From contig NC_042998.1 of NCBI RefSeq assembly GCF_006345805.1, positions 151,466,001 to 151,530,000 on the forward strand: a DNA stretch of 64,000 nt. Reading direction: 5' to 3'. The translations under genes were made by a program, and so were the position numbers. Under the pieces are notes generated by a model. The model saw nothing but the letters and a program-made list of their open reading frames with translations. It did not search any database and was not told the DNA's origin. This document shows, one piece after another, positions 63,809-64,000 of the stretch. The first letter of the stretch is position 1. Each line of letters begins with the position of its first letter. This DNA comes from Octopus sinensis (taxonomy: Eukaryota).

Positions 63809-64000
63809 GCACACACGCACACACACACACACGATACACATTTACATGTATATACACAGGTACACACATTTTGTATATCGATACGTAACTTCGATTTAAA
63901 ACAATATAGTGGAGCTGTATAGAAGGCGAAGGGTGTGAATGAGATAAATATATGCATTGTATGTTTGTATGGAAGGAAGGATGGGCAGAAGAGTGGAGTA

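Overview
AT-rich, microsatellite-saturated eukaryotic genomic DNA. It is most likely from an octopus/coleoid cephalopod; this is inferred from the tRNA-derived SINE families and repeat landscape as I recall them, not from a database search. There is one 100-N assembly gap at 39868-39967. I can support no host protein-coding gene with confidence, and most short ORFs in the track are translated microsatellites. The window is a pile of nested mobile elements. These include about ten Penelope-like element (PLE) fragments (RT and/or GIY-YIG), four CR1-group LINEs, three Dong/R4 LINE pieces associated with (TAA)n, RTE fragments, two tRNA-derived SINE families, three Tc1/mariner relics, a Chapaev3 transposase relic, a Helitron relic and MITE-like elements. 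The strongest signal not shown in the ORF track is RNA structure. At least 17 minimal type I hammerhead ribozyme (HHR) motifs lie in PLE terminal repeats from several different sequence families. Some carry the compensatory U3:A8 core and others a recurrent U4C core. Several sit inside 100-270 bp fold-back inverted duplications that would form long dsRNA. HHRs in PLEs are an established phenomenon, so the potentially new part is their density, core variants and fold-back arrangement here, not a wholly new system. No CRISPR, rRNA or true tRNA gene is supported.
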